From assembly GCA_963777955.1 (NCBI GenBank), contig CAVZSQ010000022.1, forward strand, positions 192,001 to 256,000: DNA of 64,000 bases, written 5' to 3'. The position numbers and the translations under genes are program-made. The notes beneath the pieces were generated by a model. That model saw only the letters and a list, made by a program, of their open reading frames with translations, searched no databases and was not told the origin of the DNA. This document shows, piece by piece, positions 10,027-21,036 of this stretch. Within the stretch, counting starts at the first letter, position 1; each line of letters begins with the position of its first letter. The DNA is from Calditrichia bacterium. GTDB taxonomy: Bacteria > Calditrichota > Calditrichia > JAJRVZ01.

Positions 10027-11161
10027 ATGAAGAAAATTATACTCCTTACCGTAATGTGTATTTTCGCTTTTTCAACGGGAATTTTTGCGCAGGAATTTTC
10101 AATTACCATCGATGCTCAAAAAGATGCCTTTTATAGCACTTTGACAGGTCCGGCCGATGGTGCGATCTTTCTCCCGGCCAGGGCCTATCTGCGCGATCAG
10201 GGTACACCTCCGGCCGATAATGTAGATATATCTGCAATCGTCTGGACAGCCTGGGATGATGACTATCTGTATTTCTATGCAGAAGTTATTGATGATATTT
10301 TAAAAGTGACAAATGGATCTACTTTTAACAATGACTGCATTGAAGTCAAATTTGATCCTGATCCAACAGTCGGCGTCGGTCTCAACACATCAAATTGCCG
10401 GTTGACCGCTCAGGACTCGGCTGATGCTGGAAATATAGCCGGTGTTGATAATCTGAATAAATCCGGTCATCTCGAGGATCATTCGGGGGTTGATTATAAA
10501 CCTTCACCAGCTGATTATGCCCGCAGGGTTACCGATGACGGTTACGCCCTTGAATTCCGCGTTCCGCTGGATTTTATCAATGAACTCAATACAACGGAAA
10601 ACCGTTTTATGCTCCGGGGCGAAGGTCAAAAGTTCGGTATAGCTGATTAATATCTGCGACAATGATACCGATGTCCGCGATCACATGCTGCAATGGTCTG
10701 CCGGTCATCATAATGATGCCCACACTAACTCCGCACTGCTTGGATCGGCCACCTATCTGCCCGATCACAAACTCGGTTTGCTGGCAGTCAGTCCGCGCGC
10801 TGATTCTATTGTGAATGACAGCGCTGATGTTTGGTACGCTAATATTCCGGTCGGTATCAGCACCGATCCTCAGACGGTGGGATCCTATTATCTGCTGTCA
10901 AATTATCCCAATCCCTTTAATCCGAATACGGTCATAAAGTATCAACTCAAACAGGCAGAAAAAATATCATTAACGGTTTACAGTATCAACGGTGAAGTGA
11001 TCCGGCATCTGGCCAGCGACCAAATGCATGTTGCAGGTTCCCACGAAATCACCTGGAATGGCAGAAATGACAATGGTGTACTGGTAAACAGCGGCATCTA
11101 TTTCTGCAGACTCACTACACCTACACAGACTTTGTCCCTCAAGATGACATTAATAAAATAG
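10027..11161 (+). CDS. Secreted CBM9/DOMON-like sugar-binding protein with T9SS/FlgD-type CTD (frameshift ~10640)
   Basis: GGAGG SD; signal peptide; AWDDDYLYFYAEVIDD, NDCIEV and GYALEFRVP are CBM9-like; NYPNPFNP...WNGRND CTD lies in the next frame. Confidence 0.75.
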
Positions 11162-11216
11162 ACAGTGATTGAATCTACCGACTTGCATTTGTTGCCTCCT
11201 GTTACGACTGGAATCA

Positions 11217-11252
11217 AAACGCACTGGAGTGCCCGCTCCGGTGCGTTTTTTT
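11217..11252 (+). terminator. Rho-independent terminator
   Basis: AAACGCACTGGAG / CTCCGGTGCGTTT hairpin followed by a T-run, downstream of the 10027-11161 gene. Confidence 0.8.
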
Positions 11253-11366
11253 TAGCATTCTTGGTGAGTTATTTTCAGGCCGCTGGTTAAAATAATTCTA
11301 TGAAAATTATATTATTGCATTCGAAAAGGTTTATTTATATTAATAAGAAAATTAAAGGGCAGCATC

Positions 11367-12405
11367 ATGAGAGCAGCATTACTTACTGGAATCAAGCATT
11401 TTGAAATCAAACAGATTCCCAAACCGGAAATAATCCATGAAACTGATGTACTTATCAGAATAAAAATGGTAGGGATTTGCGGTTCGGATATTCATTATTA
11501 CACCCAAGGCAAAATCGGTGCTCAGGTAGTCCAATTTCCGTTCATCATGGGACACGAAGCGGCAGGTATTGTTGAGACTACAGGAAAAAAAGTTACCAGG
11601 GTAAAAGCAGGTCAAAGAATCGTCATTGATCCAGTGATATCCTGCGGTCACTGTGACCAATGCCAGGCCGGCCGGGAAAACACTTGCCGTAACCTTCGCT
11701 TCCTGGGAAATCCGGTGCTATTGCCGGGTATGTTATGTGAATATATCGTGTTGCCTGAAAATTGTTGTTTCAGGATAAGCGAGCGAATGACTTTCGAACA
11801 GGCAACCCTGTCCGAACCTCTGTCTATCGCCGTTTATTCCGTCGAGCGATCCAGATTACCAGACAAAGCCAAGGTGGCTATCCTTGGAGTTGGCCCTATC
11901 GGCATGTCCATTTTTCATGTATTGCGCACGAAGAATATTGGTGAAATTTACACTACCGACAAAATCCCGGCACGTCTGGAATTCTCACAAAAATTAAATC
12001 CCCGCTGGTGCGGTAATCCGGATCATACCGATATAGTAAGGGAAATTTCGAAGATGGAGCCGTTACTGCTGGATATTGTCTATGAATGCTGCGGGGACCA
12101 GGATGCGTTAAACCAGGCCATTCAACTGTTGAAACCAGGAGGGATTCTCGTCCTGGTTGGCATCCCGGAAATCGATCAAATTCAGCTTTTCTGTACACGA
12201 ACTTAGACGAAAAGAAATCTCCATTATCAACATAAGCCGGCAAGCCCATTATACACAAAAGGCAATTGACCTGCAGGAGCACCGGCAGTTAGAGATGGAG
12301 GCTATGGCGACTCACCATTTTCCGCTGGAAGAAACCAGCCAGGCTTTCGAGCTGGTAGCCAATTACCGGGATGGTGTCATGAAAGCGATGATAGTTGTGG
12401 ATTAA
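11367..12405 (+). CDS. Zn-dependent polyol (sorbitol/L-iditol-type) dehydrogenase (frameshift ~12180)
   Basis: GICGSDIH, GHEAAG, CGHCDQC...C, EPLS, GVGPIG; the C-terminus (ATHHFPLEE...KAMIVVD) is in the overlapping ORF 12157-12405. Confidence 0.88.
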
Positions 12406-12419
12406 CAGGTGCCTCATAA

Positions 12420-13938
12420 TTGAAATTAAAGCAAAACGATAAAACAGAAAGTCTGGTCATCGGCCTGGATTCGAGCACAACAGGCACCAAAGCGATTGCA
12501 GTCAATAAAAATGGAATTATTGAAGCACAGGCCGGCGAACAAATCCCGCTTCATTCACCACGTCCGGGTTATTATGAACAACATCCGGCGGACTGGTGGA
12601 TTTCCGCTCAGATAGCATTGCGAAAAATAACCGGTCAAATTAATCCAGATCGCATTGCCGCCCTGGCCATTGCCAATCAAAGAGAAACCTTTGTTCCATT
12701 GAATCGCCACGGTAATCCTCTGCGCCCCGCCATAATCTGGCTGGACGAACGGTGCAAAGATGAAGTAGAAACATTTTCGCAAAAAATCGGAGCCCGGAAA
12801 ATACAGCGCATTACCGGCAAACCTGTAGATTATGCACCCGTTGTTTATCGTCTGGCCTGGATGAAAAGGCACGAACCGGATCTATTTAAAAAAATCTTTA
12901 TGATATGTGATGTACATACCTGGCTGGTCTGGAAACTTACGAACTTATTCAAAACGAGCTGGGCGAGTGCGGATCCACTGGGACTGCTCGATCTAAAAAA
13001 CAAACACTGGTCGGTGAAAATTTTAGATAGTCTGAAATTGAGCATGCATCAATTGCCGACAGTATTTTGCCCAGGTACGGTTCTGGGCCGGATCAGCACC
13101 GTGGCGGCAAAAATGACCGGCCTGAGTACCGCTACCCTGGTTATCGCCGGTGGCGGGGACGGACAGGCAGCCGGGCTGGGGGTGAATGCGCTCACCGCGC
13201 ATCGTGCCTATCTTAACCTGGGGACAGCAGTGGTAGCGGGTGTATACGGCTCTCGTTATATTACCAGCCGGGCCTTTCGTACCATGAGTGCCTGTGCCGA
13301 AAAAGGGTACTATTACGAATGCAGTTTAAGGGCCGGCACCTTCGCGCTTGACTGGTTTATAAAAAACATTCTGAAAATCGATCCGGCTGAACACCCGTGG
13401 ATTTATACCCGACTGGAAAAAGAAGCACAAAAGATTCCTGCCGGAAGCGAGGGATTGCTTTACCTGCCATATATATGCGGTGTAATGAATCCACACTGGG
13501 ACATGAAGGCCCGTGGTGCTTTTATCGGCCTGTCGTCAGCACACCACCGCGGACATTTATACAGATCTATTCTGGAAGGTATTGCCTTCGAGCAATTCCT
13601 GGCTATAAACGCCGTAGAAAAAATCATTGGCACCAGAGTACATGAACTTATACGTCATTGGTGGAGGTGCCGGCAGTAGTTTGTGGTGTCAGATTTTAGC
13701 TGACATAACCGGGAAAAATATTTGTCTGCCCCATACCTCTGAAGCCTCTGCCCTGGGGGCAGGTATAGCAGCAGCTGTCGGTGCAGGCTGGTATCCGTCT
13801 TTTAAGGCAGCAGCTAAAGAACTGACCGGAATCAAAAAAATAATTAAACCGAACAGGCACACAAATAAAAAATATCAGCGTATGTTCAGGTTATACAAAA
13901 AAATATATCCGAATTTGAAAACAGTCGATTCATCGTAA
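12420..13938 (+). CDS. FGGY-family carbohydrate kinase (xylulokinase-like; frameshift ~13640)
   Basis: IGLDSSTTGTK, NQRET, IIWLDER, GGGDGQAA, RSILEGIA; GGGAGS...LADITG...ALGAG in the next frame. Confidence 0.88.
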
Positions 13939-13975
13939 TATACTATCTGAAAACAAAATCAATATAGGGGGTACT

Positions 13976-15300
13976 ATGAAAACGGATATTAAGATAAGTA
14001 TAATGGTGATTTTACTGAGCATGGTATGTGCAGGTTATGCTCAGACTGTTGATCCGCCATATGAGGTGGGTACCTGGCAGGGATTCCGAAAAGTGGCTAT
14101 TAGTTTTACCTTTGATGACGGCTCTCCTAATCAGTTTACAAAAGTAATCCCGATGTTCAATGAGTTTAATTTTAAATTGACCCTGTTTACTGTTACCAGT
14201 CACCAGCTGGAGCTGGCCGGCCAACTGGATCACCCTGCAGAATGTCGCAAATCAGGGACATGAAATCGCCAGTCACACTATAAGCCACCCATACCTGAAT
14301 CAAACAGACTATGACCATCAGAAAACGGAGTTTAAAGATTCCCAGGATAATATTAATTCGCATATAACCGGACAGAGATGTGTCACCAGTCGCTTATCCA
14401 TATTGTATCAATGGTACAGATACCCTTTGCGACAATTATTATATTGCCGCACGCACATGTTCCGGCTCCATTGAACCATCCACACCTGATAATTTTATGA
14501 GCATCAGTTCGATCATCTGTGGTACCGAAGGACCCATGAAAACAACTGGAAACTTTATCAATAATTTTAATTCTGCCGTCAACTCACAAGGATGGTGTGT
14601 ATATCTCCTTCATGGCATTGATGGCGACGGCGGCTGGTCTTCGCTCTCCTCGGACACACTGAGAGCATGCCTGGTATATCTGAATGCCAACCAGGACAAA
14701 TTCTGGGTATCCAGTTTTAGCAATGTTGCGCGTTATATCAAAGAACGCAATGCCGTATCGGTCACGGAATTATCCAATCAGGACAGCAGCATCACCTTGC
14801 AGGTAACCGATGCACTTCCCGACACAATATTCAATTATCCAATTACCTTGCGCCGGCCGCTTCCCGAAGGCTGGCCCTCCGCCGTGGTCACCCAGAGTGG
14901 TCATTCGCGATATACGCGGATCGTGGAAGTCAATTCCATACAGTATATCCAGTTTGATGTAGTCCCGGACAGCGGCGCTGTGCTGATATCAAAGAGCAAC
15001 TTGTCTGACCTGCAGAATCATGGCGGCTTTATGGTTCCGGCAGCGGCATTATCACAAAACTATCCCAATCCATTCAATCCAACGACAACAATTAAATTTC
15101 AAATTCCAAATTCCAATTTCACGACTCTGAAAGTCTATAGCGTACTGGGCGAGGAAGTTGCTGTCTTACTGGAGGAAAATCTGCCGGCCGGTGAACATAC
15201 AGCGCAATTCAGTGCTATCAATTTGGCCAGTGGAGTGTATTTTTATAGTCTGCGTGGACAGGGATTCCTGCTTCAGCGTAAGATGCTACTGTTGCGATAA
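13976..15300 (+). CDS. Polysaccharide deacetylase (NodB/CE4-like) with T9SS CTD (frameshifts ~14200 and ~14380)
   Basis: Signal peptide; SFTFDDG; GHEIASHT..HP in the intermediate frame; AYPY; LLHGID; NYPNPFNP CTD. Confidence 0.8.
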
Positions 15301-15449
15301 TACCAATAAGGCTTTATGGATACCCGATTCTGACCAGGGTGAGCATTTTGCTTGAGGCATAATAAAGGAAATATAGTAGAGTTACAATCATGGTTCAACT
15401 AGGCAGCAGCGATTTCCCGCGCAGTTATATGCGCCGGGTCAGAACCTGG

Positions 15450-15969
15450 ATGAGATCAATCCTGATCAATCATGCCCGGCGCTATCCGCATTGGGCTGTC
15501 GAAGACCTGTATAAACTCATCTACCAGGCGGCCATGGGCAATGAACATGCGCGTGACTGATGAAAACCGGGTGCGTGATTTGCTCAGGCAGGAAATCGCC
15601 AATCTCACTGCCGGCCCAGCCGAGCCACTGGTTGATCCTATTTCCGCCGATCACCGCATTGTCAGGGTCCATCTCCGTCCCTTTGCCGATCTCGGTCTCG
15701 ACCAGGAAGTACTCGCCATCGCCTTCATTATGACGGCAAAGCACTTGCCCGGATCTTTGAACAGTTTGTCTGAATATGCGCGTATTGCTCTGCAACTTGC
15801 CCAGGAAGGGGTGCTGCCCTTCGCACCCGAGCAATTCTCCGGATACATTGCCGACCAGCGGGCAAAAGATTTCCCCCCGGTCCACCACTCTCCGCTATAT
15901 AAGGAGAAATACAATCCGGCCTACCGCATCGTGGCCCGGGAAACACTACCAAAGGAGTTCCTGAAATGA
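15450..15969 (+). CDS. Conserved hypothetical protein (frameshift ~15550)
   Basis: The frame from ATG 15450 reads HARRYPHWAVEDLYKLIYQAAMGNEH, then continues in the ORF-track frame to PVHHSPLYKEKYNPAYRIV. The stop overlaps the next start. Confidence 0.65.
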
Positions 15970-17006
15970 ATTTTCCCCAATACGTATCTTTTACAGTCAC
16001 TAATGCCTGCAATCTCAGATGCCGGATGTGCGGCCAGTGGAGCGAAGAAGGTTATATTTATAATCGGGTAAAAGCCACTACTCCCCAGATGAAATTGGCG
16101 GATTGGAAAGGACTGGTTGATGAAACAGCTCCCCACAAAATAAAATTTATCCTGGTGCGGGGCGGTGAGCCATTTCTTTTCCCCGGGATCATCGAACTGC
16201 TGGAATATATAAACAGCAAGGGTATCTTTATTTCTGTCGATACCAATGGCACGCTATTAAAGAAATACGCTGCAGATATTGTGCGGATCGGGAATATGCA
16301 CATCACCTTTTCGGTAGACGGGCCGGAAGAAATTCACGATGCGGTACGGGGTAAAAAAGGGTGTTATCAGGAAATTAAAGAAAACATTGCCTTGTTGACC
16401 GATCTGGAAAAAAATAGTGACCATAAGATCAGTAAGAGTATTTGCTTCACGATCAGCAAATATTCATATAAAGGACTGGGACAAATGCCTGCGGTTGCCC
16501 GTGAGATGCTCATCCCGTCAATAAATATTGTTCCCTACTATTATATTCCTGCTGAAGTCGGGAAAAAATATGAAGATGAATTAGAGCAGAATTTTAAATG
16601 TGCGGCGTTTTCCTGGAAAGGATTTCACCATGACGATTCCGGGATCGATTTTGATATATTCAGGACAGAGTACAGAAAATATCTGGCTGATCTTGGCGAA
16701 ATATACAATTTTCCCTATATGGATCTGCGGGAGGAGGATTACCGGGTGTGGTTTAAGGATCCCCTTACACCGGTTGGTTCAGTAAACTGTATGAATGTTG
16801 AAAAATTGATCGATATTCAACCCGATGGTGCGGCGAATTTCTGCGTTGATTTTCCGGATTATTCAATCGGTAATGTAAAAGATGCCTCGATCACCGATAT
16901 CTGGAACAGTCCACGCGCCGCTCAATTTCGCGAGTACAGACGCCGCAGACCACTGGCTGTCTGTTACCGCTGCGGAGCCAAATACGTATCTGAAATTAAA
17001 GATTAA
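15966..17006 (+). CDS. Radical SAM protein with SPASM/Twitch domain
   Basis: CNLRCRMC, GGEP, TNG, SVDG...HDAVRG; C-terminal C...IQPDG...C...IGNV...IWNS...CYRC. Confidence 0.9.
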   Translation: MNFPQYVSFTVTNACNLRCRMCGQWSEEGYIYNRVKATTPQMKLADWKGLVDETAPHKIKFILVRGGEPFLFPGIIELLEYINSKGIFISVDTNGTLLKKYAADIVRIGNMHITFSVDGPEEIHDAVRGKKGCYQEIKENIALLTDLEKNSDHKISKSICFTISKYSYKGLGQMPAVAREMLIPSINIVPYYYIPAEVGKKYEDELEQNFKCAAFSWKGFHHDDSGIDFDIFRTEYRKYLADLGEIYNFPYMDLREEDYRVWFKDPLTPVGSVNCMNVEKLIDIQPDGAANFCVDFPDYSIGNVKDASITDIWNSPRAAQFREYRRRRPLAVCYRCGAKYVSEIKD

Positions 17007-17012
17007 TTATTT

Positions 17013-18938
17013 TCAGGATGATAGCAGACCTGTAATCGCCTCGATTTCCTTTTTTACCTTTTCGACACGGGACCATGTTTCCCTGACGAAAGAATCCTGG
17101 GCTGCCGGCGGATGAGCCTGTGCATAATCGATAATTGTTTCTGCACCGCGGTCATCATCCTTCTCCTTGGCCTTTTGCGTGGCCTGGGCAATCTGTTCCT
17201 CCATGGCCGCAAGTCGTACCAGGTTCTCCTTGATACTGCGCTGGTTGAATCCATTATTATTTAAAATATTACGCTGGTGTTCCCAGGCTGGATCAGCGCT
17301 GGCGGTATTATAAACCGACGCAGCGATGCCTTTCTCTCCTGTTTTTAGCAGAGACTCGATGTGCTGTTTTAATCCGCCCAGGCAGTAATACTCGATGTAA
17401 AAATCATAAGCGGCTATTCCTTTAACCCGGCTTCCTTCTAACATATAGTTCTTGCCCAGCCCGGGAATATCTTTGGCAGTATAATAGTCTTTGGTCCTGG
17501 AGATTTCTTTCAGCCGTTTACGTGCCTGCAGCATCAGGTCAACTATATCCTGTCTGAATACATCAAAGATAAAGGCGGTGCGGCGGGCCTTGTTGCGCTT
17601 TTTATATTTGCCTTCGTTTCTTTTTACCATGTAAATATTATCGGAGAGCACCCAACCCGGCATGATTTCGTTATAAGCAGGTGAGATTCCCTGGAGTGAC
17701 TGCGCCGGACTGTTAATCAGCGAAAAAGGGAATTCCACACGTTGCGGCAGGGTATTGACTGCCGTAGCAATAATGGAATAGGGCGCCTTAGTGAAGTCGC
17801 AGGGGAATTTGATGTTCACACCCAGGCCGAAAAACGTTCCTTCACCGCACCAGATTTCCTGATCCGGTGCTTTGGAAGTATGATTGGAACCGATGTTGGC
17901 ACCGTAGCCAACATTGCCTTTACCCTCCGGCCAGATGGCGGCGATGAGCAGAGCCTGGTGATGAAATCCCACAAAAGGACCTAACAGGCAGGCGGTTACT
18001 TCACCTTCGCCGACACCTGTGTTAGGGCCGATAATACTCTGCGTTACCTTGCCGTGCCGTTCCACATGTGAATGCTCGGTCAGAACCGAATCATCGACAA
18101 TAGCCAGGGAGGTGACCTGACAGCCCCACTGCAGGCATGAATTTTTCACGTAGGCGCCATGACTGATCTCAACCGGTTCTTCTGCTGATCCAAGAATCGA
18201 GCAGTTCTGTAACAGGGTTGCACCATCGATTATAGTAGCTTGACCAATGTAACAATCTTCAATTTCCACTGTGTTCCGGATGATGACGTCTTTTTCAACT
18301 ATACCCAGACCGATTTTACAGGCCGTAGTATATTTTTTAATAAAATCATCATATTCTTCAAGGAGTTTCCGGTTATTCCGGCTGGTACTGACCAGGTGTG
18401 CGATAGGGATGGTCAGTTCGGCAAAGGAAAAGACATTACGGCCCCCGGTTTCAATACCTACGGAGATCTCTCTGCCGTTGCCGAAGGCAGTGTCGGCGGA
18501 ACATACTAAACTGCCCACATTGTGAACTACCGACTGTGCATTTATTATGTAATTGGAGATGCATCCGGCATTCCAGATGCAGCAATTATCGCCGATCTCT
18601 GAGTTGATGATGGTGCTGTTATAAATACCGGATGGTAATTCTACAGCAGATGCCGTTTTGATTTCTTTGCCGGTATAGAAACCAAGCACGCAGCGGCCTC
18701 TGAACCGGTTAGCCACGATATGATCCGGTTTAAATTTTTTTTGAACCAGAATTTTCTTCCAGTCTTCAGCATCATTTCCCCTGGTTTTAAGTTTTTTTAT
18801 CTCCGCAGCGGTAAGTGCCCGGATATTATTACCGAACAACCGGCTTTTCATCTTCCTGTCAGCGAAGGTCTGCAGGGTTTTTAAAAATTCCGAGGATTTC
18901 AGAATTGTATTGATTAACGGGATTAGTTGATTTTCCAT
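17013..18938 (-). CDS. DUF4954 family protein (left-handed beta-helix)
   Basis: RALTAAEI...GNDAEDW, ETGGR, HHQALLIAA, GNVGYGANIGSNH...DQEI..GEG.FFGLG; hexapeptide-like repeats. Confidence 0.8.
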   Translation of the reverse strand: MENQLIPLINTILKSSEFLKTLQTFADRKMKSRLFGNNIRALTAAEIKKLKTRGNDAEDWKKILVQKKFKPDHIVANRFRGRCVLGFYTGKEIKTASAVELPSGIYNSTIINSEIGDNCCIWNAGCISNYIINAQSVVHNVGSLVCSADTAFGNGREISVGIETGGRNVFSFAELTIPIAHLVSTSRNNRKLLEEYDDFIKKYTTACKIGLGIVEKDVIIRNTVEIEDCYIGQATIIDGATLLQNCSILGSAEEPVEISHGAYVKNSCLQWGCQVTSLAIVDDSVLTEHSHVERHGKVTQSIIGPNTGVGEGEVTACLLGPFVGFHHQALLIAAIWPEGKGNVGYGANIGSNHTSKAPDQEIWCGEGTFFGLGVNIKFPCDFTKAPYSIIATAVNTLPQRVEFPFSLINSPAQSLQGISPAYNEIMPGWVLSDNIYMVKRNEGKYKKRNKARRTAFIFDVFRQDIVDLMLQARKRLKEISRTKDYYTAKDIPGLGKNYMLEGSRVKGIAAYDFYIEYYCLGGLKQHIESLLKTGEKGIAASVYNTASADPAWEHQRNILNNNGFNQRSIKENLVRLAAMEEQIAQATQKAKEKDDDRGAETIIDYAQAHPPAAQDSFVRETWSRVEKVKKEIEAITGLLSS

Positions 18939-18953
18939 ATTTATTCTCTTCTT

Positions 18954-19745
18954 TTATCGTCCGACCATCTTTTGAACCATATGCTTGTTGTCGCGGACCC
19001 AATTATAATAGTTTTTCCGTTTCAACTTTGAAGCGGCTGTCTCATCCAGTATAACCGTGGCCTGGGTGTGCAGTTGCAGTGCCGTGGCCGTGATCTGGCA
19101 GGTTACCGGTCCTTCCACGAACTCGGCAACTATCCTGGATTTTTTTGCACCATTGGCAATCAGCAGGATCTTTTTCGACTCCAGTATCGTACCGACACCC
19201 ATGGTAATGGCGAAACGGGGTACATCAGTTTCCTGGTCAAAAAAACGGGCATTGTCTTCGATCGTTTGTTTCTCCAGGGCTTTGACCCTGGTGCGGCTGG
19301 CAAAAGAAGAACCTGGCTCATTAAATCCTATATGCCCGTCACCGCCGAGTCCCAGTATCTGCAGGTCAATACCGCCAACCCTTTTTATCTGGGCTTCGTA
19401 CCAGGCGCTGAACTCTTCCGGATCTTCCGTGTTTCCCTGGGGTACATAAACATTAGCCTGGTTGACGTTTATATACTGGAACAGATTATCCTGCATAAAA
19501 TAATTATAACTATTCTTGTGCAGCGGGGGCAGACCGACATATTCGTCAAGATTAAAAGTGGTGATTTTCGAAAAATCCAGGCCCTCTTCTTTATGCAGGC
19601 GGGCGAGTTCCTTATAGGTTCCCAGGGGAGTGTCCCCGGTGGCCAGACCGAGTATCAGATCATGTTTTCTTTTAATTTCCCGGGCAATAAATTGCGCGGA
19701 GATTTTGCTCATTTCCTCGTAAGTAGGGGCAACAATAATTTCCAT
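18954..19745 (-). CDS. nagB: Glucosamine-6-phosphate deaminase
   Basis: LGLATGDTP, FNLDEYVGL, GGIDLQILGLGGDGHIGFNEPGS, AITMGVGTI. Confidence 0.95.
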   Translation of the reverse strand: MEIIVAPTYEEMSKISAQFIAREIKRKHDLILGLATGDTPLGTYKELARLHKEEGLDFSKITTFNLDEYVGLPPLHKNSYNYFMQDNLFQYINVNQANVYVPQGNTEDPEEFSAWYEAQIKRVGGIDLQILGLGGDGHIGFNEPGSSFASRTRVKALEKQTIEDNARFFDQETDVPRFAITMGVGTILESKKILLIANGAKKSRIVAEFVEGPVTCQITATALQLHTQATVILDETAASKLKRKNYYNWVRDNKHMVQKMVGR

Positions 19746-20088
19746 AAGTAGTCTCCAGATTCGTTGATTTCAATGGTCAAATTACAAAACTCAGGTTTAT
19801 TGAATTGAAAAATACAGGTAAATACTTTTACAAACATAAATCTACGCCAGCATAAAAACAGATTCAACATCATATATATGTGTCAAAAATTATACGATTG
19901 TGAAAAACTCGCAAATATTCAAAAAATCCAATATTAAAATATTTAGATCACCAGCGGATCATCTTTAGTGTTCTGGATCACAAAAACATTGCAGAAAGAT
20001 TTAAAAATTAATATTTTAAAATACATTTCTATCCGGATAAGAACTGATGTAAATTTCATATTTGTTTGAAACCAACGGAGGGATAAAG

Positions 20089-20391
20089 ATGAAGGTTTTG
20101 TGTATTCTAACTGTGTTAATTTTAGTACTTGTGATGATCCCAGGATGCACGCCGGGCCTGAACGAATTAACCGGCTCAGCCGATAACAGCGGACACGTTG
20201 CCGGATTTTTAACGGGGCTGTGGCATGGTTTTATATCCCTGTTCACCTTCATCCTGTCACTTTTATCGGACAACATCCGCATGTACGAAGTGCACAATAA
20301 CGGCAACTGGTACAATTTCGGTTATCTGCTGGGGGTGATGTCTTTCTTCGGCGGCAGCGGCGGCGGAGCCGGCAGACGCTCGCGCCGTTGA
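20089..20391 (+). CDS. Small conserved membrane lipoprotein
   Basis: GGAGG SD; lipobox IPGC; AGFLTGLWHG...MYEVHNNGNWYNFGYLLG. Confidence 0.75.
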   Translation: MKVLCILTVLILVLVMIPGCTPGLNELTGSADNSGHVAGFLTGLWHGFISLFTFILSLLSDNIRMYEVHNNGNWYNFGYLLGVMSFFGGSGGGAGRRSRR

Positions 20392-20421
20392 TAATATCGC
20401 CGGAATTAAATCCAATTGGCC

Positions 20422-20907
20422 ATGAAAGTACTAGAATTATCAGATTTGGAAAAACGAACAGTCCTGAATTGGTACGAGCATACACTGGAAGACAGTTCAC
20501 ATTTTGGTCAGGCTCAGTACGTCTTTCCTGAAGAAGAACGGTTAATATCTAAAATAAAAAAATCTAAAAGCGATAAGGTCAAGTTGTGTGATTTCGAGAT
20601 CAAGATCATTTTTAATTGGATGGAGAAATCCATGCTTTCAAAATTTGGTCCTGCTGTTTATTTACTGCCCGGAGAGGAATCCGTATTCGAAAAGATTAAA
20701 TACTTAATTCAAAAGATCGAGGAAGAAGAGAAAAATGAATCAGAAGCACGTGAAGAACAGGAGAGAGAAGAAACATTAGCCGGATTAGAGATTGAAAAAC
20801 TGACTTTACGATTAGAAGCGGCATTAAAAAAGGTGTCAGAGATTAAAAAAATTATAGCTGAGAAGAAAGACCGGTCAATTGATGACAAAATTTCAGCTGA
20901 CGATTAA
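20422..20907 (+). CDS. Hypothetical protein with two ~50-aa internal repeats and a coiled-coil tail
   Basis: LSDLE..VLNWYE...FG...Y.FPEEE..KIK recurs as LCDFE..IFNWME...FG...YLLPGEE...KIK. Confidence 0.7.
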   Translation: MKVLELSDLEKRTVLNWYEHTLEDSSHFGQAQYVFPEEERLISKIKKSKSDKVKLCDFEIKIIFNWMEKSMLSKFGPAVYLLPGEESVFEKIKYLIQKIEEEEKNESEAREEQEREETLAGLEIEKLTLRLEAALKKVSEIKKIIAEKKDRSIDDKISADD

Positions 20908-21036
20908 ATTAAAATCCGAATTAGACGAAATGCGTGATAAACTTAAATTTAATAAATAACTTTTTAATAAAAATTTTTGCATCATGAATCAATCTATTAA
21001 GTGAATTTTGTTAATAGCAAAAAGAGGAGAGTTAAA

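Noticed and set aside
9758..11310. Shared ATGAAAATTAT motif upstream of two genes in the AraC cluster
   Set aside because: A low-complexity AT-rich 11-mer; a similar string occurs at an unrelated start codon (5904).
15300..17013. RiPP cluster around the radical SAM/SPASM gene
   Set aside because: No credible short precursor ORF, RRE domain, peptidase or exporter is adjacent.
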